A stretch of 64,000 nt of DNA from Gemmatimonadota bacterium. GTDB lineage: Bacteria > Gemmatimonadota > Gemmatimonadetes > Gemmatimonadales > GWC2-71-9. The stretch lies in the NCBI GenBank assembly GCA_039586365.1, contig JBDHKN010000002.1:32001-96000 (forward strand). The letters are read 5' to 3'. The notes under the pieces are model-generated. The model worked only from the letters and a program-made list of their open reading frames with translations. It was not told the origin of the DNA and did not search any database. Position 1 is the first letter of the stretch. Each line of letters opens with the position of its first letter. The position numbers were made by a program, and so were the translations under genes. Positions 48,465 to 58,691 of this stretch are shown here, in pieces.

Positions 48465-49068
48465 CCCTCGCGCTCCAGCCTCTTTCTGCCCCGTACTTCG
48501 AGTTCTCAGTCGGATCCGTCGGCAGTTCGTCCGCCGACACATCGACGAATCCGTCAAGTCGGGCTCGCGCTCCCTTCATGGCCACAATCACATCCGACTG
48601 CACAGCTTTGGAGTTGACGTGCATTGACTGGATGCGCCCCTCCCCCACATCGACAAGCAAGTCCAACGCCAGTGCCAGGTACTCCTTCGGGTAAGGCAAC
48701 GAGGACTGGGGTCTGAACTGACACGCTGCGAAAGCCTGGTTGTCATCTGAGAGGAGTTGGCTGTAGCGTCCCCACAGATCAGCAGCTAACCGGAGGTGCT
48801 TCTGCTCGTTGGCGTCCAGTACCGCGGGTGGTTCATCGTGTCCCAGCAGCGGCCTGGTCTTGAGCCATGCTACCTTGAGCTCTAGGACCTGCGCCTCACT
48901 ATGCCGGTTGCTCCCGCGGGCTTCCGCTGCCAAGTGGGAAAACCGGTTGGCTAGCAAGTCTTGCGGATCAGGCAGCTCCTTCTCGGTCCGGGGCGCCGGT
49001 ATCGGACGGTTCTGGCGTATCAACACCCAGACCAAGGCCAATATCAAGACGACTAGAATCCATATCAT
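48457..49068 (-). CDS. Hypothetical protein with N-terminal membrane anchor
   Basis: 203-aa ORF, strongly hydrophobic N-terminus, coupled to the downstream gene. Confidence 0.65.
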   Translation of the reverse strand: MIWILVVLILALVWVLIRQNRPIPAPRTEKELPDPQDLLANRFSHLAAEARGSNRHSEAQVLELKVAWLKTRPLLGHDEPPAVLDANEQKHLRLAADLWGRYSQLLSDDNQAFAACQFRPQSSLPYPKEYLALALDLLVDVGEGRIQSMHVNSKAVQSDVIVAMKGARARLDGFVDVSADELPTDPTENSKYGAERGWSARGA

Positions 49069-49085
49069 AGACTTCTCTTCATTGA

Positions 49086-49599
49086 TTATCCACCGCCATC
49101 ATTTTCACTAAGTTCAGCATAGCCGATCGAGGGATGACCCAAGAGCCTCTGCAGTAGGCCCAGTTATCCAATGTGATACGATTCGTGGTGTAGCAGGAAT
49201 GCTATCCCTCCCAGCACTCTGTTATCGTCGATGGGGAACTTCTGCTCGGACACAGCCTCAAGATCTTCCTGTGAGAGTTGCGTGAGGGACTCAACGACGT
49301 GACGCGTGACATCCTGCCACACAATCCGCAGCTCGGGTAGCGAAGGGAGTTGAATCGTGTCGGCTGATATTGCGTACGGGCTCCAACTCCTGTGGAAGAG
49401 GATTCGGGAAGCTGTCGCTCAGATATTGTGCCATGAAGTGTCGCGCATCGACGATGTGAGTCACCACGAAGCTGACACTGTTCGTGCCCTCCCTAGACTG
49501 GGGTTGCACTTCTTCTTCACTCAGACCGTCCAGACAATTCAAGGCAAGACGGGCGCCCAGATCCAAGGCTGCGACTTGTGTCACAAGCAGGGGATTCAT
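49086..49599 (-). pseudogene. DinB-family pseudogene
   Basis: N-half NS..F...H...AR; frameshift near 49368; C-half FLLHHESYHIG*LGLL with in-frame TAA at 49164-49166. Confidence 0.85.
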
Positions 49600-50190
49600 C
49601 AGCTACCGCACATTCATCTGTGATGAATCGAGCCACGCCACAGAATCCACAGCCAGGCAACCAAGGCCAGCAACCCGATCAGCAACCACACCAACTCGCC
49701 GGGACGGCCCAGTCTCCGCAGTCTGGTCGCGATTACTCTGCTCCAGCCCTCCAACCGTCGGGTGATCCTCGCGGCCCAGGTCTTGAAACCGATTAGCGAG
49801 ACAATGCGATCAGGCATAGCGTTTGAAAGCATGGGACCCTCCGCTGTTATACTACTACAGTATAGTCGTCAGACAGGTGCGTCTTGCGCCGACCGCCCCC
49901 GTGTGGAACCCACAGCAATCATAGACTCACTTCAATCTTCACACTCACTGCTCTCCAGCAAGTAACGGCCAGACTGACTGCAGAGTCTCCCGCGGACCTC
50001 GACAGACAAAGATCACCAGATCGCGCTCCTCAGCGACAGGTTTCGCGGACCGTCGTGCGGATCCGACACCTGAATGTCAACCGTAAGCGCCATCACGGTC
50101 TTGGGGTGGTGGGGACTCCCCAGGGATTGGGTTCTCGACAAGCGCAACAAGCGTTGGGGCTATCTTCGTTCGACTTAGAAACGACATCGC

Positions 50191-50979
50191 TCACCGCCTT
50201 TCTGTTCTGGTCCGCTGTATCGCGGCCATCTCCACCAAGCGTCGCAGTTCCTCAATCGGGTTTTCGTGATCGTCCACCTGAAGCCGGAGCACAACATCGT
50301 TATTCAGCCACACACCACCATCTTCGTTGACGATCAGCATGGCGGCGGACTGCATGCCACGTTTGTCTCCTCCAGCTGCCTGGCCAGCCTCCAGGGCGGC
50401 CAGTAGTCGAAATGACAGGTGGCCCTCGGTCTCCTCGAAGGCGCGCACCATTTCGTCAACCACAGCGGGGCCAGCCAGGATGTTGCCTTGTGCGGAGCAG
50501 TATTCCCCGATCTTGTGTCCGGCCCAGTCGCTAGCCTTGGGACCGGTGTGGGTGGCTACCTCACCACTAGCATTCATGACCGAGAACTGTCGTCCCTCTT
50601 CGGGCCAGCGCTCGGGCAGCGGATCAGGATCGTCATCCAGGATCTTTCGTACGATCTCGGCGGGCGCCATATCATTAAAAAACAATTGCAGGCCCGGCGG
50701 TCCGTAGCTCACGACGACCCAGGCTTGGGTGGCCACCGCCCCGACTCCGGCTTCCCCCCAAATCACACCATTCCCTACAGAAAAGACCCTCGACTGAACA
50801 GCTGCCCCTATCTCACCAGTCGCCGGATCGTAGCCCAGTATCGAGAACGTCGCGACGGGAGACCGAGCATTTCCTCCCGCAATCGTGTCTTGCTGAGCCA
50901 CTACCGCAGCCAATGGTGTAAGCGCCAGCAGCAGCGCGACCCCACTGGCCCGGCCGCTGCAGGTTTGTGGTGTCTTCAT
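50191..50979 (-). CDS. DUF1028-family (Ntn-hydrolase-like) secreted protein
   Basis: TFSI...D..TGE.G.AVQS, GAVATQA, QGNIL.G, AGGDKRG.QSAA, VDDH..P..EL.RL. Confidence 0.9.
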   Translation of the reverse strand: MKTPQTCSGRASGVALLLALTPLAAVVAQQDTIAGGNARSPVATFSILGYDPATGEIGAAVQSRVFSVGNGVIWGEAGVGAVATQAWVVVSYGPPGLQLFFNDMAPAEIVRKILDDDPDPLPERWPEEGRQFSVMNASGEVATHTGPKASDWAGHKIGEYCSAQGNILAGPAVVDEMVRAFEETEGHLSFRLLAALEAGQAAGGDKRGMQSAAMLIVNEDGGVWLNNDVVLRLQVDDHENPIEELRRLVEMAAIQRTRTERR

Positions 50980-51041
50980 GAATACTCCTCCAGTGGCGTC
51001 GATCGGTCCGCTTCGACTAGTCACAGTTCTGCGCTCCCCGT

Positions 51042-51575
51042 CTACTCACCGAGTTCAATGAACCTGGGCGCATGATCCCCGGCCCTCAGAAAACGGACGA
51101 AATCATCGGCACCGATGTTCGTGGTCATGGCGTTGTCCAAAGGGTGGAAGTTCAACGTTTCCACCGCGCGGAGTCTTTGATCCAGTACCACGCTCACATG
51201 ACCACCCTTGTCATTGATGATTGCAAACGGCGTCACAGCACCCGGGATCACACCCAGATACTTCATGAGGCGATCGGCGCTGCCGAATGAGAGACGACCG
51301 GCACCCAGCCGTTCACCCAGATCCTTGAGATCCACCTCACGGTCTTCAGGACACACAACCAGCCACATGACACCATTCTTATTGCGCAAGAAGAGGTTCT
51401 TAGTATGGCATCCGGACAGCTCTCCACGAAGTGCTTTGGCCTCATCGACCGTGAATACCGGAGGATGTTTCGTGGTACGGCTTTCTATCCCGAGTTCCTC
51501 CAGCATACAGAACAACTCCTCGGGCTTAGCTGGACTTGAGCCGTCCACGAGCCGGGCTTCACCAGGTCCAGTCAC
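51042..51575 (-). CDS. ProX/YbaK-like aminoacyl-tRNA editing protein
   Basis: HPPVFTV, KNLFL, RLSFGS, LGV.PG.VTPF, FHPL.N. Confidence 0.9.
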   Translation of the reverse strand: MTGPGEARLVDGSSPAKPEELFCMLEELGIESRTTKHPPVFTVDEAKALRGELSGCHTKNLFLRNKNGVMWLVVCPEDREVDLKDLGERLGAGRLSFGSADRLMKYLGVIPGAVTPFAIINDKGGHVSVVLDQRLRAVETLNFHPLDNAMTTNIGADDFVRFLRAGDHAPRFIELGE

Positions 51576-51617
51576 CGATGCACCGTAGCGCCATCGACCT
51601 CACCGGTGAACAACACC

Positions 51618-51905
51618 TCAGACGCCTTGCACGACAATCATGTTGCTTTCAGCGGACTCATACCGGATCCACTTCGCTTTCCCGTACGCGTCCGAATCCC
51701 ACCACTCTCTGGCACGTTCAGCCGTTGGGAACTCAAGCACCACTACCCGCCCCGGTTCCCATTCCCCTTCGAGAACCTCCGCTGCACCACCCCGTACGAC
51801 GTACCTACCGTCATAGGCTGTCACGGTCGGAGCCGCAAGCTTCTTATACTCCTCATATCGGATGGGATCCTTGACCTGAATGTCCACTATTATGTAGGCT
51901 GCCAT
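51618..51905 (-). CDS. DUF1330-family protein
   Basis: MAAYII..D..RY..Y....GRYVVRGG..LEG.W..VVLEFP..A. Confidence 0.9.
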   Translation of the reverse strand: MAAYIIVDIQVKDPIRYEEYKKLAAPTVTAYDGRYVVRGGAAEVLEGEWEPGRVVVLEFPTAERAREWWDSDAYGKAKWIRYESAESNMIVVQGV

Positions 51906-52141
51906 GGTTCACTGCTCCGAGATTTGGTCTATCGCGTAAACCAAGCCGTCTGCGCACAGTGCTACGTGGCCCAGTCCGGCTGGCACCGGTGCTTCTTTCA
52001 GCCGCTCGGGAAACCCCTCAGTGAGAATATCGGCATAATAACAATCCATGAGGGGCAAGTTGGGGACATCGATCCGAGAGACCCCGCACCGCAGTTATTC
52101 ATGTCTCGCACATCCGGTCTGTTCTCGCCGTTTCCCTGCAA

Positions 52142-52732
52142 CTAGGAAGGTGCGTTGCGCCTCGGCACGAACCTGGGGACTCTGCTACAGTAGGCAGCAT
52201 ACTCTGCGCCGAAACGACCCCGCAGCTCTCGCTCCTCCAGCACTACGATCAAGTACATCACAGGAATACACAACCCAACCGCAACGTAGGCTCCCAGATA
52301 GTTGGCAAAGAGAGCATACGCGAGACTCCAGAACAAGGCCTCGACGTAACGGGGGTGACGAATGGTGCCGTAGATACCGCCTGTGAGAAGCGTGCCTTTG
52401 TTCGACTTCGACAGCTCCGGCATTCCAACAAGGACACTGTATTTCAGGTGTTTCCTTCGTTTGACGCCAATCGCTATTCCCACCGCCAGGCTCAAGGCTG
52501 TCGGAACCAGCAATGTATAGTGAGTACCAAGATCGCTACCGAGCAACCCGTCACGCAGCAAGAATAGAACCGCCATCAGCGCCACGACAAACGGCGAGAG
52601 GACACAGTAGGTCCACCCCGCACCAAGCTTGCGCCAGAAACGGATGAAGGGGTGAATGGCAAACCAGAGCAGAAGGCCAGGAGGCAGACTGATCAACAGC
52701 GCAACACCAACAATGTACCTTGCAGTGTTCAT
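52142..52732 (-). CDS. Isoprenylcysteine carboxylmethyltransferase/PEMT-family membrane protein
   Basis: L.TGG.Y..IRHPRY, EE.EL..RFG.EY..Y..RVPRF. Confidence 0.88.
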   Translation of the reverse strand: MNTARYIVGVALLISLPPGLLLWFAIHPFIRFWRKLGAGWTYCVLSPFVVALMAVLFLLRDGLLGSDLGTHYTLLVPTALSLAVGIAIGVKRRKHLKYSVLVGMPELSKSNKGTLLTGGIYGTIRHPRYVEALFWSLAYALFANYLGAYVAVGLCIPVMYLIVVLEERELRGRFGAEYAAYCSRVPRFVPRRNAPS

Positions 52733-52751
52733 TGCAGTTCCATGTCGCCAC

Positions 52752-53531
52752 CTAGCTCTGCTTGCGCCGCGCGAACTTGAGACCCGACCATGTTGAGTCG
52801 ATTGCGCAAATCTTGTGGTCAACCAGGCCCGCCGCCAGGCCGAGCTTCCGCACTACAGCTTGCGTCAGATCCGTGGTCATACCGGAAGCCTTCTTCGGCC
52901 AAGCAAGCCACATCCCACCCTGTCCAGTCAATTCCGCCATTCGAGCAATACGTCTACTTAGATCCTTGCTGGACTTCACAAACCAGATGATCAAGTCTGA
53001 CTGCCCCCGAACCGTACTACGAAAAGTCACACCTGTTGGTAGCGCGCCGATCTGCTGCTCGAACCCGTGCGGCGCGTCGATCAAAGCCACTACCGAATTC
53101 TCCTTGATACCCAACTTCTTTGGTAGTGGCGTTCCCGCGTATCCTGCCAGTACCGAGTCGGGCACCACCGGATCCGTCGGCGGGCGGGCGATGGCTCGCT
53201 TCAGTGCACTGCGAATCCGGCTCCACGCCGTGTACACTGCATCGGGCAGCTGCTGTCTGATCTGTCCGACCTTCTCGCTGTCTCCGCCGACAAACACCAG
53301 AGGCACTCCCCGCGTAGCCGTCGCGTGCCTAATGGCCAGACCCACGTCGCGCCCTTGCCCCGGAAGCCTAGACAGGTCGATAACTACCGCGGCAGGCGGA
53401 TTACGCTTGAGATCCCGAAGGACCACCGGGGCCAGTGGTTCAAACTCGACACCGTATCCAGCAAGCCTGAGTTTGGCCGCCTTCTCCTCGGCTTCGGCGA
53501 CGTTCCAGTGAATCAGACGGATGCGCTGCAT
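52752..53531 (-). CDS. Receiver-like domain fused to DUF3052-like domain
   Basis: N-half PAAVVIDL..G....IR...TR.VPLVFV; C-half GY.GTPL.KKLGIK..W.AWPKKAS..TDL..GLVD.K.CAID.TWSGLKF. Confidence 0.8.
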   Translation of the reverse strand: MQRIRLIHWNVAEAEEKAAKLRLAGYGVEFEPLAPVVLRDLKRNPPAAVVIDLSRLPGQGRDVGLAIRHATATRGVPLVFVGGDSEKVGQIRQQLPDAVYTAWSRIRSALKRAIARPPTDPVVPDSVLAGYAGTPLPKKLGIKENSVVALIDAPHGFEQQIGALPTGVTFRSTVRGQSDLIIWFVKSSKDLSRRIARMAELTGQGGMWLAWPKKASGMTTDLTQAVVRKLGLAAGLVDHKICAIDSTWSGLKFARRKQS

Positions 53532-53716
53532 GTGATCTCCACTGCCGAGGATACTCAGAAACGCGTTCGGAACATTGCCCACTCATCGAGGGTAACCACG
53601 GACTCTGATTCTAGCACCAGAGCGGTTGCGAAGTGCAACCCGACTGACTTCTTTTGCTCATTGTGATGGGACCGAGCACCAAGATACACAAGGTATCAGC
53701 AAAGAGGAGAGCAAAC

Positions 53717-54586
53717 GTGATTAGACGTAGAACCCGCTGCAGCACGCCCGGCGTCATTGTTCTGGCGGCGAACCTCAGCTTGGTAACAACCGTACAGGCC
53801 CAGGACAAGGAACTCGGTACCTTCTTCACGGCAGAGTTCACCGCGGTTTGGACGGCAGGTAACGCCGAGTCGAACACGCTCGGATTGGCCACCGTGCTGC
53901 GGAGAGTATTGGAGAGCGCAGAACTCAAGCTCGAAGGCGGCGCTGTGCGGTCCGAGTCATCCCTCAAGACGCGCACTGCTGTCGGAACAACGGACAACTT
54001 CCAGATCCAAGAGCAGACCACCACCGAGAAGACTGCTGAGGCCTACTACATCCGCGGTCGTTACGACCGCCAGATTGGTGAGCACTTTTTTGGATTCGCT
54101 GGAGCTGATTGGCTTCGCAACACATTCGCCGGAATCGACAGTCGAATCCTGCTGGCTGCTGGTGCAGGTAATAGTTGGGTGAACAGCGACCGAGTCAGGG
54201 TCAAGACTGACTACAGTGCCACGTACACCTTTCAAGAGGATGTTGTTGAGAATCCGTTCGTCAAGACCAAATTCCCCGGTGTGCGGTTTGCATATGATCT
54301 CTGGGCAAAGCTGACTGAATCAACCGAGCTTACCAGTGCCCTAACCAATGACGTGAACCTCGACAATACCAAAGATGTCAGGCTCGACTTCACCAATGCC
54401 GTGACCGTCGCCATCAGCTCGAAACTCGCCTTCAAACCGTCCCTGCAGCTGCTTTGGCGCAATACTCCTTCGCTCACCGAAGTAGGCCTGGTGGCGACCG
54501 ACGGAACACCAACCGGTGACAACGTGACCGTACCGCTGCAGAAGGTCGACAGCTTCTTCAAAATCGCGCTGGTCGTGAAACTTTGA
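53717..54586 (+). CDS. DUF481/YdiY-like outer-membrane beta-barrel protein
   Basis: GAGGAG RBS; GN.ES, RYDR, F.GI..R...G.G pattern; amphipathic strands. Confidence 0.8.
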   Translation: MIRRRTRCSTPGVIVLAANLSLVTTVQAQDKELGTFFTAEFTAVWTAGNAESNTLGLATVLRRVLESAELKLEGGAVRSESSLKTRTAVGTTDNFQIQEQTTTEKTAEAYYIRGRYDRQIGEHFFGFAGADWLRNTFAGIDSRILLAAGAGNSWVNSDRVRVKTDYSATYTFQEDVVENPFVKTKFPGVRFAYDLWAKLTESTELTSALTNDVNLDNTKDVRLDFTNAVTVAISSKLAFKPSLQLLWRNTPSLTEVGLVATDGTPTGDNVTVPLQKVDSFFKIALVVKL

Positions 54587-54763
54587 GGTCTGACGACTCC
54601 GGCCAGAACGGAGAAGCAAGCGATCGTGACCGGCATGCTACTGCGCATCCGGCACAAGCTCCCCCGCGCGCACTACTGGTGGGGCCAACGCCAGCGGCCC
54701 TATCGTCAGCAGCGTAGGACGATTAGTGCGCGCTTGACCCCTGTGTCTCTCAGCTAGTGTAAA

Positions 54764-56008
54764 TCACTCGTGGCGAATCGCCTCAATCGGCGTTAGGCTG
54801 GCGGCGCGCCGAGCAGGATATGTCCCGAAAACAAGTCCGATCAACAGTGCTGCCCCGACTGCGGCGGCGATCGATGGCCAAGTGAATGTTGCGTTCACCG
54901 GTGCGTCGGTCACAGCCCGGATCACAGCCGTACCGGCAAAAGCACCGACCATCCCAAGGATCACTCCGATGAAGCTCCCCACGCTAGAGATTGCTATTGC
55001 CTCAGCAAGAAACTGCAGTAGGATATCTCGCCCGCGGGCTCCGGCAGCTCTGCGAACACCGATTTCCCGCGTGCGCTCCACCACTGACGCGAGCAGGATG
55101 TTCATGATGCCGATCCCTCCAACGACGAGCGAGATACCAGTGATGCACCCCATGGTGAGTTTGAAGACTAGAAACGCCTGCCGCGCCTGGGCGACTCTCC
55201 CCTCCGAACTGGCTACGGCGAAACTCTCTTCAACCGAGCCAAAGCGTCGTTTCAGCCAGCTCTCCACACGATCGCGGACTTGAGGGACTTGCTCGATACG
55301 ATAGGCTTTCACGGTCGCCATCGCTGCCCGGCGTCCCTCATCGCTGAGCCAGGCACGGATCACAGGTACCAGTGGCACAATGGCTCTGGCCTGCGGCTGC
55401 CCCTCTGCCTGCGCGACTATCCCGACCACTTCGTAGCTGCTGCCGCCGATGTCGAGGGATTGGCCCAAGACCTGCCGCGTGGAGTCCATTCCCGACAATT
55501 GCATGGCGAGCTTCGGTGACAGCACCACCACTCGCCTGTCACTCTCGTAATCACCCGGCTCGAGAAAGCGCCCCGCCTCCAAAGTCACTGGAAAAACCGA
55601 TGTTGCGTTTGGCAGTGTTGCGACTACAAGTGCTGCGTACCGGGCAGTGTCACCAGGCAACCTGGCCCAAGCGGATCCAGTGAGCGTCAGTGTCACATCT
55701 GCGAGGTCACGGATTTCTTCCGCGAGATCAGCGATATCCTGCTGTGACAGTTGGACCACATCCGTGCGGCGTACCAGCACTCCGTCGCTGCGATCTACCG
55801 TCCTGGGAGTGACTGACACAGTCTGTAAGTCCGTGGTGAGTTCGATCTGACTCCGAGAGAACTGCTCGAGGCCGTCACCCAACGACAGAATTGCAACGAG
55901 TGCTCCGACCCCTATGATCACGCCAAGTGTCGAGAGCATAGTCCTCAGCGGATTGGCTCGAAGCGTCTCAATCCCAACTGCCAATGAGGCTAGAGATACG
56001 AGGTTCAT
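54764..56008 (-). CDS. MacB-like ABC transporter permease
   Basis: N.LRT.LS.LG.IIGV, ISLVVGGIGIMNI.L.SV.ERTREIG, YPARRAA.L.PIEA.RHE. Confidence 0.93.
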   Translation of the reverse strand: MNLVSLASLAVGIETLRANPLRTMLSTLGVIIGVGALVAILSLGDGLEQFSRSQIELTTDLQTVSVTPRTVDRSDGVLVRRTDVVQLSQQDIADLAEEIRDLADVTLTLTGSAWARLPGDTARYAALVVATLPNATSVFPVTLEAGRFLEPGDYESDRRVVVLSPKLAMQLSGMDSTRQVLGQSLDIGGSSYEVVGIVAQAEGQPQARAIVPLVPVIRAWLSDEGRRAAMATVKAYRIEQVPQVRDRVESWLKRRFGSVEESFAVASSEGRVAQARQAFLVFKLTMGCITGISLVVGGIGIMNILLASVVERTREIGVRRAAGARGRDILLQFLAEAIAISSVGSFIGVILGMVGAFAGTAVIRAVTDAPVNATFTWPSIAAAVGAALLIGLVFGTYPARRAASLTPIEAIRHE

Positions 56009-56021
56009 CCGGTAGCGGTTC

Positions 56022-56612
56022 TCACTCCTTCAATACCATGTCGATGCACACCACAGCTGCCAGAATGAGCTGTCGCAGCGGGCTATCCGGAGGGACGTCA
56101 TCGGCTATCTGCAACACGTAGTTGTCAGCACTAGTGAAGAACTCCTTACCGATGCCCGCCCACTTCTTGGTGACGTGAGCCAGTTCTCTATCGCCTGCCT
56201 TGAAGCGAAAGTCCCAGCCTGTCCACTTTCCCTGTAAGTGGCACAACGGTCGGTCATCCTTGTCCAGCACTTCGAAGGCCCCACCTATCGACATCAGTCT
56301 CTGGCGAAATCCACCCAGGCGCGCGTTTGACTCGTCTAGTACGGCCACATGAGAGCGCAAGAACGACACCCCGCGGGTCACTCTGACCAGCTGACGGCCA
56401 TCGCGCGCATTGATACGTATATCGAACGGAGTCATGCGCTTATAGTTGGTGAAACGCAACAGTTTTGTAACGGGACCTAGACTCTCTTCCCGACACAGCA
56501 TGATCATGTCACCCGTCGCCGGATCGAAGATGTCATAGTTGTTGGCCGCCTTGAAAACTCCGACATGCTCCTTGACCAAGAACAGGTTCTTGCTGAGACA
56601 CTCGTGCATCAT
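56022..56612 (-). CDS. LURP-one/scramblase (tubby-like) family protein
   Basis: YDIFDP, GKWTGWDF, KKWAG.GKE.FTSADNY, IDM.LKE. Confidence 0.85.
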   Translation of the reverse strand: MMHECLSKNLFLVKEHVGVFKAANNYDIFDPATGDMIMLCREESLGPVTKLLRFTNYKRMTPFDIRINARDGRQLVRVTRGVSFLRSHVAVLDESNARLGGFRQRLMSIGGAFEVLDKDDRPLCHLQGKWTGWDFRFKAGDRELAHVTKKWAGIGKEFFTSADNYVLQIADDVPPDSPLRQLILAAVVCIDMVLKE

Positions 56613-56806
56613 TCGTTCCTCTTGAGCCAGGGTATAGGTGGAACCGCTGACTGCAGTGCTCTACCGGATTCTTGCCAGCTAGCAGTCCTGTGTCGTTGTG
56701 ACCGTCGTTCCACAGATCCTCACAAGGCCACCTCTCTCCCGGGTCAGTACGGACCGGGTTACCCCGCCGCGCGACATACCTCCATGGCCTCGGCCACTAC
56801 CCGACA

Positions 56807-57676
56807 TCACAGCAAGCATTCCATTTCATATTGCCTAGCGTACACCTCAAAACCGATCACATGCGCGAAACGCAGCATCACTTCGTCGCTGCTAAGCACA
56901 TTGATCATCTTCACCCTGGGCGCGCGCCCCCACAGGCGGTCGACCAAGTGCTTCACAAGCCCCGTGCCGATTCCTTGCAGCCGATGGTGCCTGTGCACAA
57001 CCACGTTCAGGACCCAGTTCAACGTCGGATAGTAGGCCAAGATACCAGCGGCGTCACCATCGAGCTGGGCAGCATAGACCCAAACATCATCCCGGATTCG
57101 CTGAATTGACGCGAGGCTATTCTCCCACGATGGTAGCCAATCCAGACTCTCGGAGAACTCTCCCAACCGATCCCTAGGGACTGACTGAATCGCGATCCTC
57201 TCGTTGGCGTTCCTGTGGAATACGGCCCTGTTGAGATCCAACTCGAGACAGTCGAACTCCCGCGTCACCTTGAAGCCGGCCTTCAAATAGGCCTTGACTG
57301 CTGCGTCATTATCCTGCAACACCTCCAGCTGGAGCCGCTTCACTCCTCGCGCCTTGAGTCGATTCGTCGCGTACTCGAACAATTCCCCGGCAATCCCTTT
57401 ACCTCGGTACGGTTTGACAAGACCCGTCGCGATATCGAATGCGGACAACACGCCGTTCCAATGGTCGACGCCTATGAGCGTAAAGCCAACCATCATGTCC
57501 CCATCGTACACACCGACGGAAGACTCGAAGTCTATGCCGTTCTTGAGCGCTCTATTGAGAGTGACCTCCGAGGTCATGTAGCGCATGTCCAAAGGGTAGT
57601 CGTCAAACGCTCGTACGAAGGTATCATGCACTTCGGACAGTTCATCTGGCGACAGGAATCGGTATTGGATCGACAC
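56807..57676 (-). CDS. Tandem GNAT acetyltransferase
   Basis: YRGKGIA..LEVLQ.N..A..Y...GF; second HRLQGIGT motif; likely GTG start at 57676. Confidence 0.88.
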   Translation of the reverse strand: MSIQYRFLSPDELSEVHDTFVRAFDDYPLDMRYMTSEVTLNRALKNGIDFESSVGVYDGDMMVGFTLIGVDHWNGVLSAFDIATGLVKPYRGKGIAGELFEYATNRLKARGVKRLQLEVLQDNDAAVKAYLKAGFKVTREFDCLELDLNRAVFHRNANERIAIQSVPRDRLGEFSESLDWLPSWENSLASIQRIRDDVWVYAAQLDGDAAGILAYYPTLNWVLNVVVHRHHRLQGIGTGLVKHLVDRLWGRAPRVKMINVLSSDEVMLRFAHVIGFEVYARQYEMECLL

Positions 57677-57939
57677 TGGTGCGCCTTGACGGTCTTCCTC
57701 TAGCGGAACTCGAGGACGGCGAGGTCGCCTTCTATTTGTATCTCTGTTCCAAACCGAGCCGCGAAAGCGGCCCGTCGAGACGTGGCATCCCTGCGACTTC
57801 GCGTACCCCACCCCTACTCGGGCAAGAGCGTGCTCTCGCTAAGCTCAGCGAGCTCAAGTGATCTGAACAGGACGGACTCCAAATCCATCTCATGGGCGGA
57901 CTACACCATGCCACGCATTCGCTGACGGGAGTGGAGCGA

Positions 57940-58500
57940 TCAGCCTGGCCACAGCCAACCGAAGACTCCGGCCGTGAACAGTCCGTAGGCGAGTGAGTCG
58001 ATGAGATGCTTGCCTACTGCGCCCCAAGGCCGACCGAACCACACGGCATCTTGCACCACTCCTGCCCCGTAAGCCAACCAAGCGACCGTGCCAGTGATGC
58101 GAAAGACCGCAAGGTATGCAGCCCCTGGAGAGATGGTCCGACTTGCTACATACGCCACACAGAAACTCACAGCGAGATAGTATACGAACGAGAGGACCAT
58201 GCCCTTGGCCATCGACGGAGCCCCTCTCGGGACCACTGTCATGAAGCCGGCAGGGCCCTCTTCGAATTTCTTGAGCATTTCCGGTTTCTTTATTTCGTCC
58301 CTAGAGGACAAATGGGGAACATCGTATTGGCCGGGCGGCAGGTTCTGCGGTACCAGGGCACTCCGCACTGCAGCTTCATCGGGGAACCCCCTGTAATCGG
58401 ACTTGTGGTGCGGGAGTACAGTCCAGATCACAGCACTGATGATCCAAACAACAACAGCGGACAGCAGGATCGCAAGCCAGAGTGAGCCAATCGTAACCAC
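57940..58500 (-). CDS. Conserved integral membrane protein
   Basis: Four TM segments, W.VLPHH..D and FGWLWP motifs; GGAGG RBS. Confidence 0.8.
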   Translation of the reverse strand: MVTIGSLWLAILLSAVVVWIISAVIWTVLPHHKSDYRGFPDEAAVRSALVPQNLPPGQYDVPHLSSRDEIKKPEMLKKFEEGPAGFMTVVPRGAPSMAKGMVLSFVYYLAVSFCVAYVASRTISPGAAYLAVFRITGTVAWLAYGAGVVQDAVWFGRPWGAVGKHLIDSLAYGLFTAGVFGWLWPG

Positions 58501-58691
58501 GCGAACCTCCCTTGCTCAAAAGGCGCCAAGTCACTTCCTGACTTGTGTCCACCAGCCGACTGTTACACAAATCAGGTTCGAGCCGTAGGCTTCGGGTAAG
58601 ATTACCTGCTGCTAGCGGGTCCGCTAGGATCCGAACTGTCGCCGACAGCCACCGGTCAACGAGCGTTTGAATCGGCGATTGCAGCGGGGGA

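Noticed and set aside
49614..49832. 72-aa ORF with a hydrophobic C-terminus
   Set aside because: No family motif; may be real but cannot be supported.
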